This document shows positions 1 through 12,760 of a DNA stretch of 64,000 bases, piece after piece (the stretch's first letter is position 1; each line of letters starts with the position of its first letter). Where the stretch lies: NCBI GenBank assembly GCA_965153455.1, contig OZ234493.1:15924213-15988212 (forward strand), read 5' to 3'. This DNA comes from Sphagnum compactum. Its lineage: Eukaryota. The notes under the pieces are model-generated. The model was not told the origin of the DNA. It saw only the letters and a list, made by a program, of their open reading frames with translations, and did no database searches. A program made the translations under genes and the position numbers.

Positions 1-2566
1 CCATGGAGGGGGTGCTCACTAAGGCCACAGAACAAGGCATCCAAGTGCAAGGGAAACTTAAGGCCGTGGGGATCACAAACCAGAGGGAGACTACTGTGGT
101 ATGGAGCAAGAGCACTGGCAAGCCCTTCTACAATGCCATTGTCTGGATGGATGGCCGCACAAGTGCAATCTGCAGGTAGTGTATTTCTAGGCACACACTC
201 TGTTCTGATGCATATCTAAGAAGAAGTCATAGCTTTTAGAAGCACAGCACTGAATGCCAATTGCTGGGTTGTTTAGAGCTGGAGATTACTGATGCCTGTA
301 ACCTGGAGCAATCTGGTTGCTGAGATCTTCCCTGAGGATCAGAAGTCTACTGATGCAGCCACTTCCTCCTATTATGGCTGTAACATGTGTATTGATGTGG
401 TGGAAACATAAATGAACTTACAGAGGAATCTGCACAACAAATAGCTTGAAGGTAACATGACAATGAGTGCCTGGTCTGACACTTTGTGAGACTTGCTCAC
501 AAAGTGTCAGACCATCACCAATGAATTGCAGTGGTGAACTGCCATGACTACCCATGGACTTCATCAGCTTCTGACAGTGGGTATAGAGGAGTATGTAATA
601 GTCCACCCAAAATCTTGGGCAAGAACATGGTACAAAACCTGCTTCCTGTGTTTCTGTCACATTTCTGGAAGCAACAGGAAGACTCAGTCATAATGTTGAT
701 TAGGACTCAAGAATAATCATAGCTAATGAAAAAAGTCATTAGTAGTGTGCAACACATACTGAGAGTGGGACTTTGGACCCAAAACCACTTGCAAGATGGG
801 CAAAAGCCCTAAAAGCTATCTTGGAGCTCCATATTGCAAGCACTTGCAAGTTAGCAGAAGGTTTTGATGACTCATGGCTTTTTTTCAACAATGTGATCTA
901 GATTCTCATGAAGCCCTTACTCTGCAGGCAGTTGGAGGAAAAGCTACCTCTGGGTAGGCAACATTTTGTGAAGACATGTGGCCTTCCCATCCATCCCTAT
1001 TTCAGTGCTACAAAGCTGCTTTGGCTAATGGAGTCTGTCCCTGAAGTAAAGACTGCAATTGAGAGTGGGGATGCACTCTTTGGAACCATTGATACGTGGC
1101 TCATCTGGAACTTGACAGGGGGTGCAAATTCAGAGACCACAATCCATGTCACTGACTGCTCCAATGCGTCACGAACAATGCTAATGGACCTTGAAACCTT
1201 GCAGTGGCATGAACCCACACTGAAGTCTTTGGGAATCCCAAGAAGCATTCTTCCAAAAATTATAAGCAATGCAGAAGTGATAGGTGAGATTTCAGAGGGA
1301 TGGCCTTTTGTTGGTGTTGCATTGGGTGGCTGTTTGGGAGACCAACATGCAGCAATGCTTGGGCATTATTGTAAAAAGGGAGAGGCTAAAAGCACATATG
1401 GAACAGGATGCTTCATTATCTCCAACACTGGGGAACAGATTGTTCCTTCAAACCATGGGTTGCTGACCACAATCTCATATAAGCTGGGACCAGATTCTCC
1501 CACCAACTATGGGCTTGAGGGTTCGATTGCCATTGCTGGAGCTGCAGTTCAATGGCTGAGGGATAACCTGGGCATAATCAAAACTTCTAGTGAAGTTGAA
1601 GAGGTTGCAAAGACAGTCTCTGACGCTGGAGGAGTGTACTTTGTTCCAGCATTCAGTGGGCTATATGCTCCCTGGTGGCGAGATGATGCTCGTGGAGTCC
1701 TGGTTGGGATCACACGCTATACAAACAAAGGTCACATTGCCAGGGCCACGCTTGAGAGCATGTGTTTCCAGGTATGACCATTCTCATCTATGATTCGAGG
1801 CACACTTCTATATGTTTTTGTGAAAGTCTCAACAGCTGTACCTGATATCTTCAAAGTGAGCTGTTGAGTCCCTGCAAGTTTCCAGTGTTCCAAGGTCTTT
1901 TCCAATTCAATGCAGAGTTAGTTGAGAATGGTAAAGTAAAGGTGTACTGCAAGCATGGACCTGTGCCAACAATCTGGTCATGCCTGGAGCTACCATGATC
2001 AGGGAAAATTTGATGCAATGGCTGACCCATATGTTTCCAAACCATTACCAGGCAAGGGAAGTGTTGACTTCAATGAAAGCAGATGCTGCTGGTGGAGATG
2101 CTAAGGTTGAGGGTGAATTTCTGCTCAAGGTGGATGGAGGAGCTACTGTCAACAACTTGCTGATGCAGCTTCAAGTATGTTCCATTTTGGTGTGCATCAC
2201 CTTGCAGCATGCACTCAGACTTTGTCATATATTCCTGTACAAAATATTCTTGTGAGAACTGGATTGAAAAATGAGGTTCCTCTACTTCCATCTTCTGAAC
2301 ACCATGAGATTGCCTTGCAGGCTGATTTATTGGGAAGCTCTGTGGTCAGGCCAGCAGACACTGAAACCACAGCAGTAGGGGCAGCATATGCAGCAGGATT
2401 GGCTGTGGGAATCTGGACAGAGAAACAAATTGCAGAGCTTACTGCAGGTTCAGGTGCATCTTCTATTTTCCACCCACAGGTAACAGAAGATGAGCGGGAG
2501 AGGAGGTACCAGTCCTGGAATAAGGCAGTTGAAAGGTCCTTTGGGCTGGCTGATCTTGCATCATGA
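1..2566 (+). CDS. GLPK: Glycerol kinase, 5' part outside the window; exons <1-175, 928-1771, 2052-2174, 2321-2566
   Basis: FGGY/glycerol kinase motifs [79 protein letters not shown] and [23 protein letters not shown] introns keep the reading frame; stop TGA at 2564-2566. Confidence 0.95.
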
Positions 2567-4246
2567 ATTCAAAATCTTCCAAACTGGTTACCAGTATTCT
2601 TGTTTAGAAGACAGGTTTCATCTGAAAAAGGGTCACCATTTTTTTATGGGTTCAATTTGACAAGTCTATTCAAAGCCCAGGAGCAGTTTGCTGAAGTTCT
2701 GATGAACAGAATTAAGAAAATACTCTGCTTGCATATGCTGCCAACATTCTTCAACAAGTCTATTGGACGTGCTCATTTGTAGGAGGACAAGACAATGCAG
2801 AACCCCATTTGTTGACAATCTTTGAACTGTGCAGCTGGTTTGACAAATTTGGGTGAAGACCCATTTGTGCTATCATCTATGAAAGACAATGTCAAAATTT
2901 TCTCTGCATATGCTATCACCTTTGTTAGGTTCCAGCAGCACTACATATTGTATTGCTGGTTGTTTTGTCCAAAGTTGCATTGCTGGGATTAACATGCAGT
3001 AGCTTGGTAACACTCTGATGTGAGTAAGTGCATAAATCTGATTGTGTTATTCAAGAAGTTCAAGTGCTATCCAAACTGGTAAGAGTGAAAATTTGAACTA
3101 CAGACTTTGGTCACTGCACATTAGAAATTTTGGTGAACAGAATGGGATAATAGTGAATAGATTCCAGCTGCCAGCAAACACACTAACCAACCTTCACCAG
3201 GAGGGATGGATGGTGGGTAAACACTTCTCCATTAGGTTGCAGTATTGACTGTCAAACTACATTGGCTAACAACCAATTGCCATTACCTAGTTATTGACTA
3301 TATACATGCAACTATCTAGTAACCACCTATTGCCATACATACAATCCTAGCTACAAGATCTATTTTTGACAGGATAGGTAACCAAGGTGAAACTTGATTG
3401 TCAACTCAGTTGGGGTTTATCTACATCTGCATCATAACAGGATTCCAATGGATGTTACACCGGTGGGCTGGCTGTTGGTTCCACTTTGGCCTTCTATTAC
3501 ACCTGAAAAAGTCATTTGGGGTCTTCTACTTGCAAGGACCGAAAGCAAAAGTCAGCAAGAAAAGCAATGACAAATATGAGCCATGGACAACACCACTTTA
3601 GACAATCCAGAAGAAGAGATTTGGCAGTCTCCACTCACACTGTTGACAGCATTTAAGACACATAGTTCAATGAAAGACTGCCAAATCTCATCTAATCCAT
3701 AACAACAAGACATAAACATGAGCAAACTGAGACCCAGTTCAAATGACTGTCATCCATTTCCATCAACACCTTCCCATGGAAAGGAATACATGGATGTCAC
3801 TAACATAACAGAGCATTGAATGCACTGAATGAAAATTGACCACCCAAATACAACAGCAGTCTACTGGCTGTATGCACTCATGGCATTTCTGGTGATCAAA
3901 AGATCTTTGCCAATGCAAGATCTTTAATCACCAGTTTGAATACTGCCATGTTCCAAATCATGACCCAAATGACCGACTAATTCAAAGACAAGTGCACTGT
4001 TATGAATAACCAACTCCCAAATTGCAGAGGGGCATGAAAGTCATCTGATGCCCGTTTCACAAGACAAAAAACAAAATGAAAACATTAAAGCCTCAGCAAG
4101 ATGGATATATGCCTGCAATAAGTCTAGAAAGTTAGTTCAGAGCATAACTATGCTGAAATTGCAAAACATGGACCACTGTTGTCAAACGGAGACCAGCAGA
4201 ACAATACCCAATCTTTCTTTCTGCACAAGAAAGAGTGCCCAGTCCA

Positions 4247-7200
4247 TCAGTGGTTCTCCCTGTTATAGTAAGGAGTGACAGAGCGTGAATGGGTTCGTGC
4301 CCTAGTGCTGCGTCTTGGTGGGCTGCGATAATGAGAGCGCTTTGGTGTTATGGAACGCTCCCGGCGATAACCACTTCCACGATAAGGGGATTCCTGTCTC
4401 CCCCGGAATGGAGAATATCTTGGTGAATATCTTGGATTGCGCCGTGAACCATCTCTTGGATCATCGTAGCTGCTCGGCCCTCGACGTTCATGATCACGTG
4501 AGTATGCTGCAGACATCATGAAAAACTGAGCACTAGAAGTAACAGACAATTGCATAACCAGGAAGCATGAAAATATAAGGGATCACTGTAACTGCAGTAC
4601 AGAGTATGTCAACTCAACTACGGTCAAATTGCTGCTCACAGTCCAACAGTCCACACATGCAAACTATCAGCAACTTCAAAACCTAGGTGCTATAGTCATT
4701 CACATTGTATTCTCAGTTTCAGGAACAAAAGAAAAAATATATCTAGGAGGTTGCAGAGAAGACTCCCCAAACAACATTTTAAAGGTAAGAACCTGTCAGT
4801 TCCAGCAAAATCAAAACTAACACAACATGAATAAGCACAGTCATAACCTCATGAGTGTCACTCACAAAGTGTCAGACCATCACCATCATACTGGAGCTGC
4901 CATGACTTCCCACTGATTCCATCAGCTCCCAACAGTATGTGATGATATGCATATGATAATCCACCCAAAATTCTAGGCAAACCATCATACAAACATCTGC
5001 ATCCTGACTTTCTATCTCATTTCCAGAAGTAACAGCTGTCATGATGTTGGGTAGCACAGAGAAATGTAAAAAGCCAACAGTATCCTCAATGTAACAAGCC
5101 TGTGATGGAAAGTCTCAGTTCATTTTAGCTTGTGCCTGAAAGCCTTTTGTATAGAGAATCCTACATAGAGGATGGTGGTTAAGGTCTCCTGCATGCCGAA
5201 CATATCCTTCAAGCACAACACTGGACAAATTAAAAACACAAGTATGGACCAAACTGACCTGGCTCACGAGAACTCCTTATGCTCCTTACACCCAGGTATT
5301 GGCCAGGGGTAGGTGTCCTTGCTCGCTTCCTCTTTGCCTGCAAAAGAAACTAGAAACTTCAGTAGAGTTTATCTCATACCATTGATATGGAAATCACACT
5401 GCAGTTTTAGGGTAATGAGACACTACCCATGCAAGCTTTCTTTTACACTACAACAGCAAGTCAAGTTGATCATACAACCTGGTGTGGTGACAGAAGCACT
5501 ACCTGAGCACAGTGACAGATCATTAACAGCAGCTCTAGAGGTCAAGAGAGAGGAATTAGTGACTTAAACCCAGACATTCCTAGAACTGATTGAATGTTTG
5601 TGGCCTGTACTTACATCTCTCCTTTCCAATGATAGGGTGTATGACAGAATAACATTAAACATAGCCAAAAGTTTTGAGTTTTGCAATGCGCATGATTTGT
5701 CTTCATATCTGTTTTAGACTGCTGACCGTTGATTTGATGCTTGACAAGGGTGACACCAGTAGCATATAGGAGGTTGAATCATGACAGCCTTTGACTTGCT
5801 TTTACTAGAAACTGCACAGACCATTAGGCTTGAAAGGAATGCAATGTTGAGGGTTTGCGCTGTATAGATGTCACTTGATTTAACCCCAGACTTTACTCAA
5901 GCCAGCCCATGCATCTCAATCTTTCAACTAGCAGCAGACTGCTGCCAAAAGGTTGAATTGGAGTTGTTGCACAAATCATTGATGTGGAAGCCTGTTGATG
6001 AAAAGTTGTGGTCTAGGTTGCCTCGGATTCAAGACTTGAGCTGACTTCATGGAACTGCTTGGCTAAAGTTGTGTCAGACACAGAGCAGCTGAGTTGACAA
6101 TACATGCTGATAACATTGGATTTTGTCTGACACTCCAGCTGATAACTTGGTGAGAATTGCTTACTATGCTGACTCATATTTGTTATTTGAAAGTTGATGA
6201 CAGTTGTTGACTAGGTTGGTTCCTGTTTGACACTCCAGCAGCCTCACTATGTTGCTCGTATTTGTAACTTGAATTTGACACTTGAGCTTGAGTTCCTGAA
6301 CATTGTGGACTACATTGGTTTGAAATTGACACTTGATCACAGTTGGCGAATTCTGCAGACTAAGTTGACTGGAATGTGGGAGACAGGAGCTTAGTTCAGA
6401 AAGGCTGGGCCCATGTGTCCTGCCAGGTGAGTTATGACAACAAGACCTGACAGTAAACAGATCAAAAGAACAAATGGTGCACCACACAACCAGCTTTGTT
6501 CTTCCTCACACACATAATGTTAAGGAACACAAGGCTCCCATGTGACGAGGACATAGTGGGATCAGACCTAGATAGGTTTAACCCATATGCACTTGGTGGT
6601 AAAATACTCATGGACACCAGACCTGTTCACTTCACAAGAATTGCCTCAGATGCTTCCGCTTACCTTCTCCACTGTGATAACACGTCCTTCAAGGGTTGAC
6701 CGATGCAGATACTTGATGCACCGATCTGCTTCCCTGGCACTGCCCATGGTCACAAATCCAAAGCCACGAGATTCTCTGGTTCGAGGATCAACAACTAAGC
6801 GACATTCAAGGACCTGCATAAACATACACATACACAGTAGTCTGCATCAGCAAGGGGATGAGATGAGGCTTAGTTTCTCACATCTCTCTGGCAATATGGC
6901 ATACAAATAGTACTAGACAAACTCAGGCAAAAGATTTCAAACTGGTCAAGAGGGCCCTCAAAGCAAGCAACACAAACCTAGTTCTCACCTTCCCCTCCTG
7001 TTCAAAGTGCTCCTGGAGGTCCTTTTCTGAGACCCGCACTGATAAACCAGTCACATACAAATTGTTCCCTGGATTGTTCGCCTCCTCACTCGTCTCCCTG
7101 TAGCTCCTGAGACACAGAAACATGGCAATAGAGAGTGCTTGTCAATAAGCAGATATGGGAGTTGATGGAGGCCATCATAGAGCGATCAGATAAGAACATG

Positions 7201-7967
7201 GAAGCACAAACACAGAGACTACAAGCTATGAAAAAACCTTACTGCTATGGAAATTGATGGATGCAATCATGGAGCCATCAGATAAGAACAAGGAAGCACA
7301 AATACAGAGATACTACAAACCATGAAAAAACCATTACTGCCAGAATACAAGGGGAAAAGTGACTCGACACCTACCTTGCAGGGCTCCTAGATCTTGTCCT
7401 GGAGCGGAATCGAGTAGTAGGTGAGGACTGTCTGCAAGACACGGCAGTAGAAATGAAATATAAGTAGGTCAAACCTAAAGCTTAGAAACGAGGACGAAAC
7501 AACAGTCTTTGTAATCTTGCAGTTCTAATGAAAAACTTGCAAGACCGAGTTTGCTGGACAAAACACAATATCGTAACAGCCATACAAATACATGACTTCG
7601 ACCAGGCAGAGAGGATAGAGAGAGGAAAAGCAAATACCTCTGCCTTGGAGAGTAAGACTGCAAAAACAGCACACAAAACAGGCGAGTAGACAAGCGAGTT
7701 AGTGCGCGAAAAGCTCTATGAAATGTCCGCACAGTGCTGGCTATAACACGCGACATCCGTTTTCATGCTCGAGCAAACGCAAGTGTCTTATATCACAATC
7801 ACAACAGACACAGAAACAAAAGAAATAAAAAGAAGAGCCCGGGAAGAGAGCTTCACCTGTACTCACCGGCCGACACCTACAGCTCATTCTTCAAGCACGA
7901 TTCCAAAGGGGAAAATAAAAACAGAAACAACAAGAGTGATTATGCACAAACGAAGGGGACTTACCAT
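4247..7967 (-). CDS. SR45a: SR45a/Transformer-2-like splicing factor (RS-RRM-RS), about 228 aa; exons 7967-7965 (ATG only), 7657-7638, 7431-7375, 7106-6989, 6813-6664, 5337-5259, 4506-4247
   Basis: RRM with NPGNNLYVTGLS and ESRGFGFVTM, followed by the Tra2-type AKRKRARTPTPGQYLG motif, with RS/RY-rich flanks. All junctions are GT-AG and the total is 687 nt in frame. Confidence 0.88.
7154..7340. repeat. Tandem duplication of about 93 bp in an SR45a intron
   Basis: Two diverged copies of ATGG.A.TTGATGGA...ATCAGATAAGAACA.GGAAGCACAAA.ACAGAGA...ATGAAAAAACC.TTACTGC. Confidence 0.8.
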
Positions 7968-8869
7968 GGCGTCTGTTGACGAGAAAACCAGCGGCAAAAC
8001 AAAAAATATGAAATGAAAACACACAGAGACCAGCTTCTCTTCTCTCCACTTCACAATATCTCCGCTGAACGCTGTCGGAAAAGCTGCAGGTCCGTCCGCG
8101 ATTAGCGCACAAGGAAAGGCGCAAAAACAGATAGAAAGAGCTCGGAGTCGTGCGCGCTAAACAAGCGCATATTCTTCTTCTTCCTCAGGCCCGGCCGACC
8201 GCGGGAACGTTGCAGGTCTCAATCGAGATCTCTATCGAGGTACCAAAAGATGTTCCCAAACGGTCGATATTCTCGATGCAAGAATTTTCAAAACGGGCAG
8301 GGGGTGCTGCCCGTGTGAATTTTGGATACCAATAAGGATCTCAGCCCGATTTTTGAACTCTTGAGTTAGGTACATATTGTGATAACCCCAGTAGCTAAGT
8401 TTTTCTGTGTAGGGGAAGGAACTGCTGTCAGTGCCTTCCCCTACATAACAAACCAAGGGTAAAAAACTATGGTGTGAAAATCAATCAAGCCGGGGCCTTA
8501 CAACTGAAAAATTGTGCTGTGTAAGGCACCCCCAATTTGCATTTACAAATTCTCTGAGTTTGTTATGTGTAAGCTAAGTCCATAGAGGTGAGGGCGTTCC
8601 AGAAATAAGGGCCTTGACAAGGTGGAAGCCGAGGCACCTTGCATTTCAGGAATGCCCTCACTCATGCGCCTTACCTGGTGTAAAGGTCTCCTGCTTTTGG
8701 GTTTGTTTTTTTGACTATTTTACCCTTGTGATACCCTGTGGTTAAATGTTGGGGTTGGAACGTTACAAAAACCAAAACATTGCCTTCAAAAGGGGAGGAA
8801 CTATTCGGCTTTGTAAGGGTGCCTCCCCTTATACTCTGCAAAAACCACAGCAGTGCTTTACAAATAGCA

Positions 8870-9793
8870 CTAGTTTGAACCCTGTGCCTAATGCACAGGT
8901 GTGTTATTTCAACAATGTTTGGTTCATGTTTTAGTTTTTTTTTAAAAACTTTTATTTTTTTATTTTTTTATTTTTATGTGTTTTCTGTTTTTATTATTAT
9001 TTTGTATAATAAAAATAAACTGTTTCTTTTTCACTTTTGTATTTTTGTTTGTTTGGATGCAAGTTTGAAGTTTGGAGAAAGAAGACACACCTCATTTTTT
9101 TTCAAGTAGGGTTTTTCTTCATTATTATAAGTTTTATTTTTTCTTATTTTCTACTCTTTATTTGGTTTCTTCTTTTTTGTAATTTTTTTTCTTTTAAAAT
9201 GATTTTACTGTATTTCCCTTTCCTTGTTTCATTTGTTTCCATTCCTTTTTTATAGTTTTTGTGTTTTTACTTTTTTTTGTTTATGTTTGTTTCATGTTTT
9301 AATTTTTTCTATTCTTATTTTGTCTATCTTCATTTTTTTCTACTTTTATGCGTTTATTTATTTATTTATTTTCTATTTTCTTTTCCAATTTTTTAAAAGT
9401 TTTTCTAATATGTTTTATATTAAAAAAACTTTTTTATTTTTGTTTGATTAGATGCAGGTTTGAAGTTTGGAAAAAGAAGACAAACCTCATTTTTTTTTTC
9501 AAGTATGGTTTTTTATCTCTTTCTTTTGCTCTCTGTTTTGTTTCTTATTTTTTGTCATCTATTTTTAAAATTTCTTTTTTTAAAGATTAATTTACTGTAT
9601 TTCCCTTTTTTGTTTCATGTTTAAGTGTTTACAAAAAGTTTCTAATTGTTAAAGTGTTTTTCTGTTTTTTTTTTTTCCTAGTTTTTTCCCTTCTTAAAAT
9701 ATATATTTGTTCTGTTTGGATGGATGACAGGATGGATGGAAAGCTTCATTTCATCCCGAAGCTTCACGACCACAACGTCCTTTACTATATAGA
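8870..9793 (-). mobile_element. Non-autonomous Helitron
   Basis: Minus-strand 3' end has hairpin CCTGTGC-N5-GCACAGG (8881-8899) followed by ...CTAG|T (CTAG at 8870-8873). The 5' end is TCTATATAG at 9793. The T-rich body is homologous to 43281-44120. Confidence 0.75.
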
Positions 9794-9939
9794 ATAAGGG
9801 ACAGCTTTGAGGCTCTGCCTGGATTTAAGGGCCTAGTCCAAGGCTGGGCCTCAAAATGCAGGAAGTGCCAAAATGTTTGTAGGGTATGTTATCAAGCAGA
9901 ATCTGTCCTTTACAAAAGGCTGAGGCCTTTCAAAAACAA

Positions 9940-10195
9940 GGGGTGCGTCACCTTGTGGCCTTGCCATTTGCATTGAAAAGTATCTTAAGGCAAAAGAAGA
10001 CTTATGGAAATTCAAACATTTCACAATGCAAAAATATAATCTTCCAAAAAAAATCCTGTGCAAGAAACCAAAATCCTTCAAGATATCATAACTCCATAAC
10101 TAAGCTCAAGTTTCAACACAAGCCAAAGTATCATCTTTCAAAAAATCCTCATATAAAAATAGACCTACTACTTAGGAGTCAAAATCCCTTAAACT
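9940..10195 (+). repeat. Dispersed ~260-310 bp repeat, copy 1 (others at 28456-28770 + and 41370-41690 -)
   Basis: Shared GGCCTTGCCATTTGCATT.AAAAGTAT...CTCAAGTTTCAACACAAGCCAAA.TATCATCTTTCAAAAA...CCCTTAAACTA. Confidence 0.8.
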
Positions 10196-11031
10196 AATCT
10201 ATCTATCTATGAAGGAAGGTAGTTTGTTTTGTTTTGCAGTTATGAGATCCACTGAAATGGGATGCTTCAGATCGTGTTCTTGCTGTCTTTGGAAAGCTCT
10301 TGATGATGAGGAGGGGGTGCATGGGCTTGGTTCCATGACTTTTTGGACTTGCAGTGCAAAAGTTCTTGAATATTGAATGATTTCTTCACTGAAAATTAAA
10401 TTAAATCATAGCTGAAAATTTCGGAGGAATTGGAATGTGCCTTTGGTGTTGTTGGAAAGATCTTGATGAGCAGGATTTAATGGAATTTATTTGGTAAGAT
10501 TTGGATTCAGAATGTGGGAGATAAGGCATCCCCAAAGGCTTTTCTACACATATCCCAGGTGTAATGAAGACAAGTCCTTTAACCACATATACATGGTGAT
10601 CTTATGAAACATTGCACCCAGAGCACATGATGCTTCTGGATGGACAAGATATTATAAGCAAGCAAGCAAGCAAACATAACAGTATAGCTACAGGAATCCC
10701 ACAAAATGAAAAACCAGGCAAAATCATGGTCAGTGACAAGATGCAAAACACCACTTGGCATTGCAAAACTGCATCTAATTCTAAAACCCTCATCCCCATA
10801 TAAACTAGAAGTTCCATTCTAGATGACCTTGCAACAAGTAAAGGTATGAATGACATTCAGGGTTTAGAGTTTAGAGTTTAGGGTTGTGCACATGAGTGAT
10901 TTCCTCACCAAACCAAAATCTATCTCCAGTTATGTAACAACTTTGGTTGCAGCAAACTACAAGAAGTCTTGGAGAAGAAAGTCTAAAGTTTACATTCATG
11001 AAGAGTCTCAAGTCCCAGTAAACCCTAAACC

Positions 11032-12244
11032 CTAATAGTTGTAGTCTTTGACATGAAGACTCTCCTTCCCGGTGGCAGTTGCTTCCTGATTTCCAGTGCC
11101 ATAATACTTCCCCAAAGTGGCCTCGGAGTTTGCCTTTGCTCGGACATGAAGAGCTTTTTGTGCAGCATCCACATTCTCCTTCTTTCCTGACCATGTCTTG
11201 AGAACAGTTGCCTGCAATGCACGGCCGAAGGAGAATGACAATGTCCACGGTTTAACAGTATCCAAGGCATTCATGGCATTCAGGTTCTGCGTAGCTTCCT
11301 CTTCACTTTGACCTCCTGACAGAAAGACAATCCCAGGAACTGCAGGTGGAACAGTCCTCCGCAGAGTCCTGACAGTGTACTTTGCAATTTCTTCAGGTGA
11401 AGCCCTGCAAGAGGCCTCAGAGCCCGGAGTGACCATGTTAGGTTTCAGAAGACTTCCCTCCAGTAGCACATGCTGATCATTGAGTGCCTTGTAGCATGCA
11501 GCCAACACTCGCTCCGTAACTGCTGCACATTTCTCAATGCTGTGATCGCCATCGGTTAGCACCTCAGGTTCGACAATTGGCACCAACCTGCAGGCACAGA
11601 AAAAGAAATGCATTGGAAGTTTGTCTCAACACCCAGAGAGGGAAAGGAGCTGTATAACAACAAAAGCAACAGGAAAGTAGCAACAAAGAAAGAAAGTGAC
11701 GATCTGATCAGTACCCATTCTCCTGGCAGATGATGGCATAGCGAGCAAGGCCTTGTGCATTGAGCTGAGTAGCAAGCTCTGAAGGCTCAGTAATGCCAAT
11801 CTTCAGCACAGCTCTCCACTTAGCAAACCGAGCACCAGCATCATAATATTTCTGGCACCGTTGCCCAAGGTTGTCATGACCTTGAGTCGTCGTCTCTCCG
11901 TTTGTTCCATAGATCTCCACAGTGCCTTTGTCCACTTTGATGCCAGGCAGCACTCCTTTCTCCTTCAACACCTCCACAAATGGCTTACCATCCTGAGTCT
12001 TCTGGTACAGGGTTTCTTCAAACAGAATGACGCCACTGAGGTACTGGGCGACCTCGGGTGCCGTGAATAGAAGCTCCCGAAGTGCTTGCCTGTTGTACTC
12101 CAAATTCTCAACGTTAATGCTGGCAAATCGCTGCCCAATTGTCCCGGTGCTCTCATCCGCTGCTAGTATCCCCTTCCCAGGAGTCGCAAGGTACTTAGCC
12201 GTGGCCATGAGCTCCTCAGCGTACTTCCCATTGTAGGCCGACAT
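11032..12244 (-). CDS. FBA: Cytosolic class I fructose-bisphosphate aldolase, 361 aa; exons 12244-11715 and 11587-11032
   Basis: Motifs [63 protein letters not shown] and [10 protein letters not shown], with a C-terminal Tyr. No transit peptide. One GT-AG intron; 1086 nt in frame. Confidence 0.96.
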
Positions 12245-12470
12245 CTTGACCTAGTTGTCAAAGTTCCTTCTACCAAACCCAAGAATCTTGACGAACCCTT
12301 TTGCTTCTTTTGCTGCACAGCCTTCACAAACCACGATTAGTAAACACTAAGGGGCCACAATCACTGAAAACCTCAGCCTTTCAGCAAAACAGAGCGTTAA
12401 ACGGACATGGACTGAAATGGTTGGAGCTCAAAGCAGCCGTGAAATTGCTCTTGCGCTCAAAGCCCTGGAG

Positions 12471-12760
12471 TTGCATGCAACGTGAGATTACGCCCAACAA
12501 TCAAGCCATCTTGATTCTTTTACTGGGGCTCAATGAGCAAACCGATTAGAATACACTGAATGGGAAACTCAGGGCCGGTTTTCGAGTACGTATCGTCTTG
12601 CTCTTGACAAAGAAAAGAATGCATGCAGAAAGTATGCGTTGATCCGGAGGAGGATCTCACAAACGAGGGACGAAGCGATCCGAGGCTTCCAAAAGTGCGG
12701 GCGTCTTCTTTCCTTTGCATGCAACTCGAGCTTCTTCCCCCACGCCATGCATGCATGCAC
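12471..12760 (-). promoter_or_regulatory. Cluster of RY/Sph (CATGCA) motifs upstream of the aldolase
   Basis: TGCATGCA near 12472, 12620 and 12716, and CATGCATGCATGCA at 12746-12759. Confidence 0.45.

Noticed and set aside
8891-9590. Phe-rich ORFs here and at 43434-43987
   Set aside because: They are artefacts of T-rich Helitron bodies with no protein-like motifs.
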